DNA of 64,000 nt from positions 5,865-69,864 of the IMG/VR virus record IMGVR_UViG_3300042901_002137. One strand, written 5' to 3'. How positions within the stretch are numbered: the stretch's first letter is position 1; each line of letters opens with the position of its first letter. Position numbers and translations under genes: made by a program. The notes beneath the pieces were generated by a model. That model saw nothing but the letters and a program-made list of their open reading frames with translations, did no database searches and was not told the origin of the DNA. Shown in pieces: positions 54,360 to 63,788 of the stretch. Origin of the DNA: a virus (taxonomy: Duplodnaviria; Caudoviricetes).

Positions 54360-55597
54360 GTCTTTATTTTGTAAAAAATTGTATAGATTATGTCACCATA
54401 CCTTCCGGTTTTGGTGTCATTCTTTTTAGTTTTTATAATGGTAGATTCAACATCAATTAAATCTCTAACTTTTCCTCCCTGAACAATCTCAACATATTTG
54501 GCACTTTTTGGTATTTGTTCTGCGGAAACACTAGAACCATTACAAAATTTGTAATAGTTGATATTATCAGGACTCCAAGGAGTTAAAGTTTTACAATTTA
54601 CAGTGAATGTACCTTTTTTATTTGATTTTTTAATTGATGGTTCTGGCTCAACTTTTTTACTAACACCCATGGGTTTATCTATCTCATACCACTCACCATC
54701 TTTTTTGTATGATACAAAACATTTACATCCACCTTGGTTATATTGCCATATATTAAGACTCCCTGTGGCACCACTTTTAGAACTTTTCACTTGTAATGGA
54801 AAATATTGACCATCTCTTAAAATTAAAACGTCAATACCCAACATATCTACAATTCCAAAATCATCACCAAAAGGAATAAATTTTTCACCTTTTTCTGACA
54901 AATAATTTAAATACTGTTCTTCATTTTTATCACCAACAATTTTGATTTTCTCAATCGTATCAACAATCTTTTTTCTAATGTGATTTGGCTTAACCAATAC
55001 ATCTCTTAGATAACCAACTAATTTATCCAAACCTAAAACGTTTCTGAAAAATAAATCAACAATTTCTTCAGGTGATTTTGTGGGTTCATAGTGAATGGCA
55101 TATTCGGTCATCAAGATTGATAAACCTGAAATATTTGTGTTGAGTCTATTTAGTAACGAATAATTCAACACCTCACCATCTTCCGTTACTTTCTTGTAAA
55201 GTAACATGTATTTTCCTTTAGATTGTAAATCCCTCAACGAATTAGTCGCCCTTTCTTTAAGAGTCACACAAGAAGGTGATACTTTATTGATAAGTTTTTC
55301 CAAGTCATAAACTTTACGAGTATAAATTTCTTGGAAATTTTTAATATTTTTATAAATTACTTTATACTCTCCCTCAGTTTCTTCTGCAACAAGATTTAAT
55401 GCTCTCTGAATTCTCCTGAATAAATTATTCCATTCTGTGTCATTGTTCTTACGGGGTTTACTTTTCAGAATATCATATACCGACTTACAGAATTGGTTGG
55501 ATGACGAGTCCGTAAACGTTTTACATGCGTCCGCAGCAAAATCTGAAGCTTCGGTAATTAAAACTTTTAATTGGGATTCTGAAATTAAAATTTCCAT
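54356..55597 (-). CDS. PD-(D/E)xK nuclease-like protein with ISE leader
   Basis: MEILISESQLKVLITEA; E..Y..YL...VDMLGIDVL...PLQVKS; TATTTAT 55608-55614. Confidence 0.55.
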   Translation of the reverse strand: MEILISESQLKVLITEASDFAADACKTFTDSSSNQFCKSVYDILKSKPRKNNDTEWNNLFRRIQRALNLVAEETEGEYKVIYKNIKNFQEIYTRKVYDLEKLINKVSPSCVTLKERATNSLRDLQSKGKYMLLYKKVTEDGEVLNYSLLNRLNTNISGLSILMTEYAIHYEPTKSPEEIVDLFFRNVLGLDKLVGYLRDVLVKPNHIRKKIVDTIEKIKIVGDKNEEQYLNYLSEKGEKFIPFGDDFGIVDMLGIDVLILRDGQYFPLQVKSSKSGATGSLNIWQYNQGGCKCFVSYKKDGEWYEIDKPMGVSKKVEPEPSIKKSNKKGTFTVNCKTLTPWSPDNINYYKFCNGSSVSAEQIPKSAKYVEIVQGGKVRDLIDVESTIIKTKKNDTKTGRYGDIIYTIFYKIKT

Positions 55598-55818
55598 AGG
55601 TATGATAATAAATACCCACTAACCACCATTATTTTCTATGGTATAGTAATCCTTTGTGTCTAATAAAGTTAAACCCTACTTGAAAGCTTGGGTAATGTGA
55701 CAAAGCAAATGTTTCGGTTTCTCCACTGTTGTATTTTAAAACCAACTTGTCATCTTTAATAAAAATTGTTCCTCTAATCTCTTCTTCCATATTAATAATA
55801 TACTAAATTTTGCACAAT

Positions 55819-55845
55819 AAAAAACCCCTCTTTATTGAGGGGTTT
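55819..55845 (-). terminator. intrinsic terminator
   Basis: AAACCCCTC/GAGGGGTTT. Confidence 0.75.
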
Positions 55846-55850
55846 AAAGT

Positions 55851-56246
55851 TTATTGATTTGCGAAATATCCTCTCATTGCGGATTCCAATTTTTCAGGAC
55901 TAACATTATCAATTATTTCAATAATTTTTTGATTGATTAGGTCAACCACTTCCGCGGAATCATATGGTTTTGGGTAAGACACCAAAATCTGAGGTCTTGC
56001 TTTGTTACAATACTCATAACTTAATTCAATCCCCATAGGATTAACTTTAGCATTTTTACAGAATTGTTTTTCAAATCCCATATCTTTAAGAGTCTCCACA
56101 ATTTCAGGGTCAGGACCACCAACAGCACTCTTTAAATCATCATATCCTTTTACAGCATTTTTTACGGGGGCATTTTGTTCTGAAATAACTCTTCTGACAA
56201 TATTCTTAATATCAGTTTCAGTTAATCTAATTACTCTTTTTTTCAT
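55851..56246 (-). CDS. protein with LTE leader
   Basis: MKKRVIRLTETDIKNIVRRVISEQ; TATTTAT 56270-56276. Confidence 0.75.
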   Translation of the reverse strand: MKKRVIRLTETDIKNIVRRVISEQNAPVKNAVKGYDDLKSAVGGPDPEIVETLKDMGFEKQFCKNAKVNPMGIELSYEYCNKARPQILVSYPKPYDSAEVVDLINQKIIEIIDNVSPEKLESAMRGYFANQ

Positions 56247-56281
56247 AAAAACAAATCTATTATTTGTTTATAAATACCAAG

Positions 56282-56665
56282 TTAATTATAATAGGTCGGG
56301 AATTTATTTCTTAAAAAGTCAAATATTTTCATCTTACCCCAAGTCTGTAATCCCTCCTCGTCATCAAACCAATGAATATTACCGAGGTCAAAGTTTTTGT
56401 TTTCCATTCTTTCGGTTTCAGGGTTGAAAAACATTATCTGAGCAAAACCGTTATTATCATCAACATTGAATCTAACCTTAGGTATTAGTTTCTCTTCTTT
56501 TTTTAATCTTTGGATTAATTTGTCCAATTCAGATTTTCTTTCTTTAATCATGGACTTTAATTGTCCTATAAGAAATTCTTGACTATAAACAAAATCATCA
56601 AATTCCCCTTGGAACATTTTATTGGCAACTTCCAATAATTGTCTTTCAGAAATTAATAGTTTCAT
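56282..56665 (-). CDS. protein with ISE leader
   Basis: MKLLISERQLLE. Confidence 0.7.
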   Translation of the reverse strand: MKLLISERQLLEVANKMFQGEFDDFVYSQEFLIGQLKSMIKERKSELDKLIQRLKKEEKLIPKVRFNVDDNNGFAQIMFFNPETERMENKNFDLGNIHWFDDEEGLQTWGKMKIFDFLRNKFPTYYN

Positions 56666-56894
56666 TTTTGTTTTTCTTATTGATTGAAGTTCTGATTGTT
56701 GGTTTTAGTTTTAACTTTACCATATTATCAGAATTTACTTAATAAATACTCAACACTACAACATTTTGTCATTCGTCCTCTAAAGAGTCACTGAATGTGA
56801 TTGGTTTCGTTTTAGAAATGGAAGGGGTGACTTCATCATCATAATCTTCTTCAAACATCGTTCATTAGTTTTAGGTTAAGTAACAAAGATATAC

Positions 56895-56924
56895 AAAAAA
56901 CCCGAGACTTTCATCTCGGGTCTT
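56895..56924 (-). terminator. intrinsic terminator
   Basis: ACCCGAGA/TCTCGGGT. Confidence 0.7.
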
Positions 56925-56929
56925 ATTTT

Positions 56930-58060
56930 TTATTTACTTGTTTTTAATACTTTTCGTGTTGTTCCGTCATTGTATTGGTAAATCAAGACTTCGTTTTCCC
57001 TAACATGATATACAGGTCTACCCATCATATCATACATTCCAATCAATTTAGGGTCACCTTTAATAACTTCATTAACACCTGATGTTGGTTGACAAGTTAC
57101 AGTTACAAAATTAGAATACGCAGTATCACATCCACCACATTTATTTCTAGCTATAACATATACTTTATACTTGCCTGTATCGGTAAATACTTTAGTGAAA
57201 GTTCTTGTTGTAAATGTATCAGTCCATTTTCCAGTCTTGAAACTATAAATGTAAGAGGTATAACTAATACAACTATCAATAGAACCTAATTCAAATTTAT
57301 ACACATTACATGGCATTGGTTTACCATACCCAAAACCAAGTTTAGACCAATCACATTTAGGTTTTGTAGTTGTTTTACAAACGTCTAACTTCCTAAACAT
57401 GAATGTATCTTGAGCAATACATTTGTTCCACCACTGAGCAATCATCAACACACGACCTGAATTCTTAAAAGTATAATCTACAACTCGTGTTTCGGTATAA
57501 TCTAAAAAATCAGCATCTGGAAAATTGTACTCCATTCCAATTTGATAATCAGTCAATGAATCCCACTCACCTTGAGTCATTTTAGCCATCCAAGGTCCTG
57601 AATAGAACATCAAGTAATAATCCATACAAGTGTCTTTTACTGAAAAACCTTTAATATAACTCAACTCAAACTTATATTTTTTACAATTTGAAGTTGACGG
57701 AGTACTGGTTACTTTAGCCCCTGGAAATTGAACTATGTTTACTTCACGGTATAAGGTGGTATCACATTTTTCACATCGGTTCCATACCTTCAAATACATT
57801 TTGTATTTACCCTTTTTGTTAAATTGAACCTCACAGATACCTCTGTTGTCAAATACAGTATCGGTTTTCTTAGTTTGAAAATCATAAACCATAAACATCC
57901 AATCAACACAAGTGTCATCTAATACTTTGCCACTTACATACCATTTATAGTAGTTACGTTCATTCCATTGTTGGAGTTTTAATGTGTTCCAATCACATTT
58001 TGCGGATAAAGACAGTGCTGTCGTCAGGACAAACACAAGAGTCATTAGTAGTTTTTTCAT
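56930..58060 (-). CDS. secreted Cys-rich PKD-like repeat protein with T9SS-type C-terminal domain
   Basis: Signal peptide; three F...G.Y......N.C..CDT repeats; C-terminal YDMMGRPV...YNDGTTRKVLK. Confidence 0.65.
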   Translation of the reverse strand: MKKLLMTLVFVLTTALSLSAKCDWNTLKLQQWNERNYYKWYVSGKVLDDTCVDWMFMVYDFQTKKTDTVFDNRGICEVQFNKKGKYKMYLKVWNRCEKCDTTLYREVNIVQFPGAKVTSTPSTSNCKKYKFELSYIKGFSVKDTCMDYYLMFYSGPWMAKMTQGEWDSLTDYQIGMEYNFPDADFLDYTETRVVDYTFKNSGRVLMIAQWWNKCIAQDTFMFRKLDVCKTTTKPKCDWSKLGFGYGKPMPCNVYKFELGSIDSCISYTSYIYSFKTGKWTDTFTTRTFTKVFTDTGKYKVYVIARNKCGGCDTAYSNFVTVTCQPTSGVNEVIKGDPKLIGMYDMMGRPVYHVRENEVLIYQYNDGTTRKVLKTSK

Positions 58061-58201
58061 ATATGTTTTTTTGTTTTATTTGTCTATCTGTTATTGCTAT
58101 AATAGCAATGAAAACCCCGATTAAAATAAATGCGTATGGATTCAGTTTCATAATTAACAAATATAGACATAAAAATCTGAAAAAACGTGTCTTTTATATG
58201 T

Positions 58202-58229
58202 AAAAAAACCCTCACGATTGGTGAGGGTT
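58202..58229 (-). terminator. intrinsic terminator
   Basis: AACCCTCAC/GTGAGGGTT. Confidence 0.75.
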
Positions 58230-58233
58230 AGTT

Positions 58234-58992
58234 TTATTTATCAATTTTACTCCACCATTCATTTGGTTCAGAAGGCATTGTTAATCCACCAATCAAATTC
58301 GCATCCTTCAAATGTTCCATCTCAACAACTTCACTCAAACTATCAGGGAGATAAAGTAATGTTGGATTTTTCTTTTGAATGTCAACTTCAGGATATTGTT
58401 TTTTAAACTCCATCACGTCAAATCTCTCAGTGATTAAATGGTATCCACTTTTAGTTGGGATAACTTTAATTACTTTGGGTACGTAGTCGTGAGTAACATT
58501 CACAGTACCATCAGATAAATGGGTATGAATCTCAGACCTTGTTAAAAATGGACGACATTCATTGTTTATCACATTCATGATTTTTAACAACTCATCATCA
58601 TCTTTAGTATCAATGTCAACAATCCAACGTTTCTCCAAAGTTTTAAGTTGACCAACAACTGAATCAAATAGGTGTTGTTGTTTATGTTGACCATTACGAA
58701 TCTTTTCGGCAAGAGCAACCATCATATCCAAAGACACATCATGATGATTTTGTTTTTGAACGTGAATGTAAGCACGAGCTTTAAACATCTCACAGAGTTG
58801 CATGATTTCTTCATATCTCTTTTCAAGATACTCAATACTCTCAACACAGTAAGTTTTGATTGTACGAACCGATTGGTGATTTGCTTTGTCTGTAGTTTGG
58901 TCTTTTTTCCTCTTAAAGACGTAAAGCATGTAAAAATCACCTTCTTTTTCAAAGTTCAACAGGGGTTTGATAAGTTCAAGGTTGTTAATCAT
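58234..58992 (-). CDS. AEP/PrimPol-like protein
   Basis: WIVDID (DxD) and TKSGYHLI (motif II); TATCTTTG 59017-59024. Confidence 0.5.
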   Translation of the reverse strand: MINNLELIKPLLNFEKEGDFYMLYVFKRKKDQTTDKANHQSVRTIKTYCVESIEYLEKRYEEIMQLCEMFKARAYIHVQKQNHHDVSLDMMVALAEKIRNGQHKQQHLFDSVVGQLKTLEKRWIVDIDTKDDDELLKIMNVINNECRPFLTRSEIHTHLSDGTVNVTHDYVPKVIKVIPTKSGYHLITERFDVMEFKKQYPEVDIQKKNPTLLYLPDSLSEVVEMEHLKDANLIGGLTMPSEPNEWWSKIDK

Positions 58993-59047
58993 CTTCGTAA
59001 TGGTTTATTGTCCACACAAAGATAATCAAAATATTCAATTAAAAAAA

Positions 59048-59395
59048 TTAGTCCTCATCAAAATCTTCCTCGTGGCTCATACCTTTGATTCTGACGGGGA
59101 AACTTTTTTCCAAATAAAACATAAATAACTCATCGGCATCAAGTCCAAATATGTCACCCAAGGTCAAATGAGGTGATTTTGTACCCAAATTATTCCACAA
59201 AACACCGGATTGGTTCAATTCGTAGGGTGGAACAATTCTTTTACCGTGAGGTTCAGGGGCATAATCTTCGTTTGTACCCCAAAAATTGGTATATCTTTTA
59301 TCTGATAATGACTCCATAACAATTTCTCCAAACATTTGTTTGATGTATTTGTCAATTAACTTGTATAATCTATCGTCTTGTATTGCGTAATTCAT
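59048..59395 (-). CDS. paralogous-array protein
   Basis: MNYAIQDDRLYKLI. Confidence 0.7.
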   Translation of the reverse strand: MNYAIQDDRLYKLIDKYIKQMFGEIVMESLSDKRYTNFWGTNEDYAPEPHGKRIVPPYELNQSGVLWNNLGTKSPHLTLGDIFGLDADELFMFYLEKSFPVRIKGMSHEEDFDED

Positions 59396-59787
59396 GTTAC
59401 TTTATAAATTAATACCATTTCATCAACCAAATTTAATGTGTAAACACCATCAAAATAAGATAGTTCCTCAACATATTCAGGTAATTTTTGTTTAAAATAA
59501 TAAATAAGTGACGGTCTCAAAATATATGTTGGGACAGAATATACATCCTTAATATCATCAAATATACGACGTGATATTTTCACCTCTTTAGTTGTTGGAT
59601 TAAAACTAAAATCCGCCCACCAATACTTACCCAAATGTCCCAACGATTTTTCATACTCCTCGCTAGTTGACACCATATATTCATCAGGACTTTCAGATGT
59701 TGAAACAACAACCAAATCACCCAAAATCATTTCAAAGACTCGGTTAACGAACTTTTGTAATTTTTTATCTGATATTTGATATTTCAT
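59392..59787 (-). CDS. paralogous-array protein
   Basis: MKYQISDKKLQKFV. Confidence 0.7.
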   Translation of the reverse strand: MKYQISDKKLQKFVNRVFEMILGDLVVVSTSESPDEYMVSTSEEYEKSLGHLGKYWWADFSFNPTTKEVKISRRIFDDIKDVYSVPTYILRPSLIYYFKQKLPEYVEELSYFDGVYTLNLVDEMVLIYKVT

Positions 59788-59790
59788 TCC

Positions 59791-60093
59791 CTAAATTTCG
59801 TGTCCGTAAGAGTTGTAAATTTTATCAATAAGTCTATTGAATACTTTTGAAAAATAAAACTTTAAAACCTCTACGGATGTCAAATCAATAATATCATCAA
59901 TAAAACCTATTAATTGAGTTGAATTAAGATATATTTTGGTACCTAATACAGTAAATGGTGGAAATTCTTCAACAGAAAAAAATCCGTGTTCGGCATAAAA
60001 AGCGTTATCAATAATAGTATAATTACCGAATTCTTCACGCATGATAACATCAATAACGTTAAAGAGTCTTTTATCGGTTATAGAATATATCAT
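59791..60093 (-). CDS. paralogous-array protein
   Basis: MIYSITDKRLFNVI; TATTTAT 60100-60106. Confidence 0.7.
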   Translation of the reverse strand: MIYSITDKRLFNVIDVIMREEFGNYTIIDNAFYAEHGFFSVEEFPPFTVLGTKIYLNSTQLIGFIDDIIDLTSVEVLKFYFSKVFNRLIDKIYNSYGHEI

Positions 60094-60182
60094 ACAATAA
60101 TAAATACCTTAAAAATGAATAACCCCCAATTAAATCGGGGGCTACTCTATATTAGGAAATCAAGCGGGTTATATTTATAAAT

Positions 60183-60440
60183 ATGGAACAAAACTCTCTA
60201 AGCAAACTACTCAATGGTGTTTTATTAAAAAAATATTCTTGTATCAATGACATTGTTGTTCTTTATAATGAAATTACCCCAAATGCATACGTCGTAACTG
60301 TTTATGTGATACCTGTAAGTAGTTCAAAAGGTTTTGAAGATTGTAACAGGGATTATCCTAAAATTAAAAACGATATTATTGAATTAGCGGACTCTATGGG
60401 GATACATATTCATAGTATATCTCAAGCAAGTCGTTCATAA
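60183..60440 (+). CDS. hypothetical protein
   Basis: TATTTAT 60172-60178. Confidence 0.65.
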   Translation: MEQNSLSKLLNGVLLKKYSCINDIVVLYNEITPNAYVVTVYVIPVSSSKGFEDCNRDYPKIKNDIIELADSMGIHIHSISQASRS

Positions 60441-60469
60441 AATTACCCACCTATCATGTAGGTTGATTA

Positions 60470-60856
60470 TTAAAATAACTCATCATCTTCATCTTCATCC
60501 TCATCTTCATCCTCATCTTCATCTGAAGGGACGTAATGTTGAAAAATATCATCGGAATAATAATCTTTAATTAAATTTTCCAATTCATCTTCATCTTGAA
60601 TTAAGGCATCGTTTTCGGGTAAAATACTAGTAAGATTATTCACAACAATGCCGATAACATATGTTGCAAAATCAAACATATCATCAAACATTGATTGTTC
60701 ATCTCCCACTTCATCAACAGCCTCTTCCAATAATTTTTCAATTAATGGTATTCTTCGTCTGAAATACAAGGGAATTTCATCATTTTCTTGTTCTAATATA
60801 ACATCTTTAATTAGTTCAACTAATTGAGATTCAGTAAGAGTAATTTTTTTCTTCAT
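60470..60856 (-). CDS. acidic protein with LTE leader
   Basis: MKKKITLTESQLVELIKDVILEQ; (DE)n tail. Confidence 0.75.
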   Translation of the reverse strand: MKKKITLTESQLVELIKDVILEQENDEIPLYFRRRIPLIEKLLEEAVDEVGDEQSMFDDMFDFATYVIGIVVNNLTSILPENDALIQDEDELENLIKDYYSDDIFQHYVPSDEDEDEDEDEDEDDELF

Positions 60857-60860
60857 AAAA

Positions 60861-61244
60861 TCATTCATCAAAAAAGATTGGTTTATTTATCTTTGGGTTC
60901 ATAAATGTTTTCACTTTGTGGTTAAAATTATCGTTCACCCACTGAACAAAAATCGGGTACCACCTATCACCAAACAAATCAGTTAAAATGGGTATAACAT
61001 TATCATCATCGGCAAGTAAAAGTGGCGCAGCATTTCTTAATCTATTTGAGTCTCTAAAATAATTTTCAAAATATATTGCAAAAAACTCGTCAAAATTATC
61101 ATCGTGATAAGTTATTTTAGTGATAACATCACTGTTTCTAAATTCCAAATCAGGGGTACTTTTAATGGTATCCTTATCAATTATCTTACCGATGGTTCGG
61201 TAGATAAGATTATTTAATTTTTTTTCAGGGATACTGTAGTTCAT
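60861..61244 (-). CDS. paralogous-array protein
   Basis: MNYSIPEKKLNNLI...DLFGDRWYPIFVQW...F. Confidence 0.7.
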   Translation of the reverse strand: MNYSIPEKKLNNLIYRTIGKIIDKDTIKSTPDLEFRNSDVITKITYHDDNFDEFFAIYFENYFRDSNRLRNAAPLLLADDDNVIPILTDLFGDRWYPIFVQWVNDNFNHKVKTFMNPKINKPIFFDE

Positions 61245-61588
61245 TAGTCTAATGTCTTAATCGGTACGTGGAAATTATTTTCAAACCATTCTATAAATAC
61301 GGGTTCCCATTTATTACCAAACAAATCATGCATTTCATATACAAATTCTCTATCATTTATCACTAAAAGGGGACACATTTTGGAATATTTGTCTGTATAA
61401 ATAAAATAATCCTCAAAATATACCATAAAAACAAGTTCTCCCTCCTCATCTCTGTAAGCCAAAGCATTTTCATCATTATCATCTGCATCAAGTAAGGGCT
61501 CCACATACATTTTTTGGGGGTCATAAGCCACGTCAATTGCTTTCAAGATGACGTTATTTAACCTGTTTTCTGTAATAATAATTTTCAT
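61244..61588 (-). CDS. paralogous-array protein
   Basis: MKIIITENRLNNVI...DLFGNKWEPVFIEW...F. Confidence 0.7.
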   Translation of the reverse strand: MKIIITENRLNNVILKAIDVAYDPQKMYVEPLLDADDNDENALAYRDEEGELVFMVYFEDYFIYTDKYSKMCPLLVINDREFVYEMHDLFGNKWEPVFIEWFENNFHVPIKTLD

Positions 61589-62754
61589 TACTTCGTTTTC
61601 TTTACACAATTTGGATATCTTTTACCAAACATTGTCTTCATACCCTTTTGAGTATATCCCTTCCAACATCTTTCAGTTAATTCAGATTCATTTTGTTCTT
61701 GTTTGCTTGAATTATCGTACATTTTAATACTTCTCAAAATTTGATTGTATTTTTCATCCTTTAATGTAAATTGTCCTTCATCATTCCACCATTGAATTGC
61801 TTCAGGTTTTAGATATTTTATCGCATCAAACACCCACTCTTGACCCTTTTCAGGATGTTTGAGATTCCAAAGAGTTATTATATTGGAATCTCCTTCCCAA
61901 TTTGATTTTTGTTTTTTTCCGTTACCAAATGGTTCAGTTATAAAAATAATTCCTTTATCAACTAAATCAAAAAAGTCCAAATCTTTTCTGTTGGTTTGTT
62001 TAGATTCACTCTGTTCTTGTTTACCAAAATGACTAAATACTTTTCTAATGTCTTTTGGAAGTGAGTTAATAGGTATTATCTTTGCTTTGATTGTTTCTAA
62101 ACCTTTTCTTACCGCCTTTTGTGCTCTGTGATGTCCATCTATAATTGATATAAATTCACCATCATTATCGACAAATATTAGTATTGGATATTGTAAATCA
62201 GCACTTTCTATTTTTTTAATCTCATCTTCATCTCCATCCCAAGTTAATAGGTGTGGTTTAAGTTCTTCTACCGATATTTTTTCCACAGGTATATCTTCCG
62301 TGGCGTTTAATAAATCCATAAGGGTTATTTTATCACCTTTATCATTTTCCCATGATGTGTCGTGTAAACCTTCTTTTTGTAATCTTATTGTTTTTTGTTT
62401 TGATTGTTCTTTTTTACCTTCAATATAATCAAGACCTCGTTTTAATCTTTCTTTTGTTTCAGGGTCTTTTGCGTTTTGATATGCGGCTCTAACTCTTTGA
62501 TGAATCAAATTAATAATCTGAGATTGTCTATTATGTGGTTTTGACTTGAAACTTTCTTTATTCAAAGTATCGATAATATCTTCTTTGGTTCTGAATTTTA
62601 CAGATACGGTATCACTTGGATTTTCATCCGTATACAATCTTCTATCAGACCCTTCAGGTTTTTTTCCTGTTCCCACTTTTGGGTCACTTTCATTTATAAC
62701 TTTCTTAAGTAACGAAATAAATTCTAATTCTGTTAGTCTAATTACTTTTTTCAT
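61588..62754 (-). CDS. mosaic protein: LTE leader, LYTDENP domain, ParB/Srx-like domain, CWKGY motif
   Basis: YPILI...IIDGHHR.QKA; RCWKGY..G.K...GK.YPNCV; repeated KQEQ(S/N)ES linkers. Confidence 0.7.
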   Translation of the reverse strand: MKKVIRLTELEFISLLKKVINESDPKVGTGKKPEGSDRRLYTDENPSDTVSVKFRTKEDIIDTLNKESFKSKPHNRQSQIINLIHQRVRAAYQNAKDPETKERLKRGLDYIEGKKEQSKQKTIRLQKEGLHDTSWENDKGDKITLMDLLNATEDIPVEKISVEELKPHLLTWDGDEDEIKKIESADLQYPILIFVDNDGEFISIIDGHHRAQKAVRKGLETIKAKIIPINSLPKDIRKVFSHFGKQEQSESKQTNRKDLDFFDLVDKGIIFITEPFGNGKKQKSNWEGDSNIITLWNLKHPEKGQEWVFDAIKYLKPEAIQWWNDEGQFTLKDEKYNQILRSIKMYDNSSKQEQNESELTERCWKGYTQKGMKTMFGKRYPNCVKKTK

Positions 62755-62755
62755 A

Positions 62756-63406
62756 TTACTCACCCCTTAATTCTCTTTCTTTTTGATTACGTAATTTACC
62801 CAAATACATTTTTTCAACCCACTCGTCACTTTTCTTTTTCAATTCCTCTTTTTTAAATAATGTATTGACAACAATATAATCAATCATTTCATCCTTGGTA
62901 ACATTATCCGGTTTTGTTGGTGGTGGAGCACATACATCTGCAGTGTCAGGGTGTACATCTAATTTATCAACATCAATGTCATCTCTACCAATCATATTCT
63001 TCGCATCACTTAATTTTGTGTCTTCAAACCACTGAAGTATCAAATGAGACAAATAAGTGGCTCTGATGGGTACAATATCCAAAATATCATTAAACTTATC
63101 TTCAGGTATCGTTAACGTACCATTTTCAAATGGTCGTTCTTCAATGTACCTTGCACCATCGATTTCTGCATCATCGCTGGGGTTGGTAAAAAATAAAACA
63201 AAAGTCATTATTTCTCTACCATCCTTACACCATTCCAAATCATGTCTGGTTGAATAATGTTTTATATGATATACATCAGAACCCCCAATATATCTATTCA
63301 AAAGATTATAAACCAATTTTTCAATTTCAGATGTTGGTTTGTTGTATTTACCACTCATCTGTTCCATCATATCATGGATTCTTGATACTTGTTCTTGTAG
63401 GTTCAT
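62756..63406 (-). CDS. protein with LQEQVSRI leader
   Basis: MNLQEQVSRIHDMM; TATTTAT 63412-63418. Confidence 0.75.
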   Translation of the reverse strand: MNLQEQVSRIHDMMEQMSGKYNKPTSEIEKLVYNLLNRYIGGSDVYHIKHYSTRHDLEWCKDGREIMTFVLFFTNPSDDAEIDGARYIEERPFENGTLTIPEDKFNDILDIVPIRATYLSHLILQWFEDTKLSDAKNMIGRDDIDVDKLDVHPDTADVCAPPPTKPDNVTKDEMIDYIVVNTLFKKEELKKKSDEWVEKMYLGKLRNQKERELRGE

Positions 63407-63429
63407 ATCTTATAAATACCCCCACAAAT

Positions 63430-63456
63430 AAAAAACCCCTCTTTAAGGGAGGGGAT
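63430..63456 (-). terminator. intrinsic terminator
   Basis: CCCCTC/GAGGGG hairpin plus T tract on minus strand. Confidence 0.65.
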
Positions 63457-63494
63457 ATATTAAAGATAATAATTAAGAAACTCTTTTAAATTGT

Positions 63495-63788
63495 TTAAAA
63501 TTCATCGTCATCATCGTCCCGATTCCACATACCCAGTAAAACATCATCGTATTCCATACGAAGGTCATCAATATCAAAACCCATTTCCTCAAGTTGCATT
63601 TCAACCGGTGAAAATACATCTTGCATCCAATCGTATGGGTCATCATAATCTTCTTGTGGAGTTGATTCAGCCTCCCTCATAAGCATACTAATAATAACTT
63701 CAGGTGTAATCTCACCTTCTTGTTCTTTAATAACTCGTTTAACAATACGAACCAAATCGGCTTCTGTTAATCTTACAACTTTTTTCAT
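63495..63788 (-). CDS. acidic protein with LTE leader
   Basis: MKKVVRLTEADLVRIVKRVIKEQ; TATTTAT 63798-63804. Confidence 0.8.
   Translation of the reverse strand: MKKVVRLTEADLVRIVKRVIKEQEGEITPEVIISMLMREAESTPQEDYDDPYDWMQDVFSPVEMQLEEMGFDIDDLRMEYDDVLLGMWNRDDDDDEF

Noticed and set aside
60478-60522. TCATC(T/C) microsatellite
   Set aside because: Simply encodes the (DE)n acidic tail
439-63682. Antisense or alternate-frame shadow ORFs inside long genes (e.g. 5519-5911, 29607-29963, 30520-30795, 42672-43031, 58672-59025)
   Set aside because: Fully nested in better-supported genes, with no promoter or recognisable motifs
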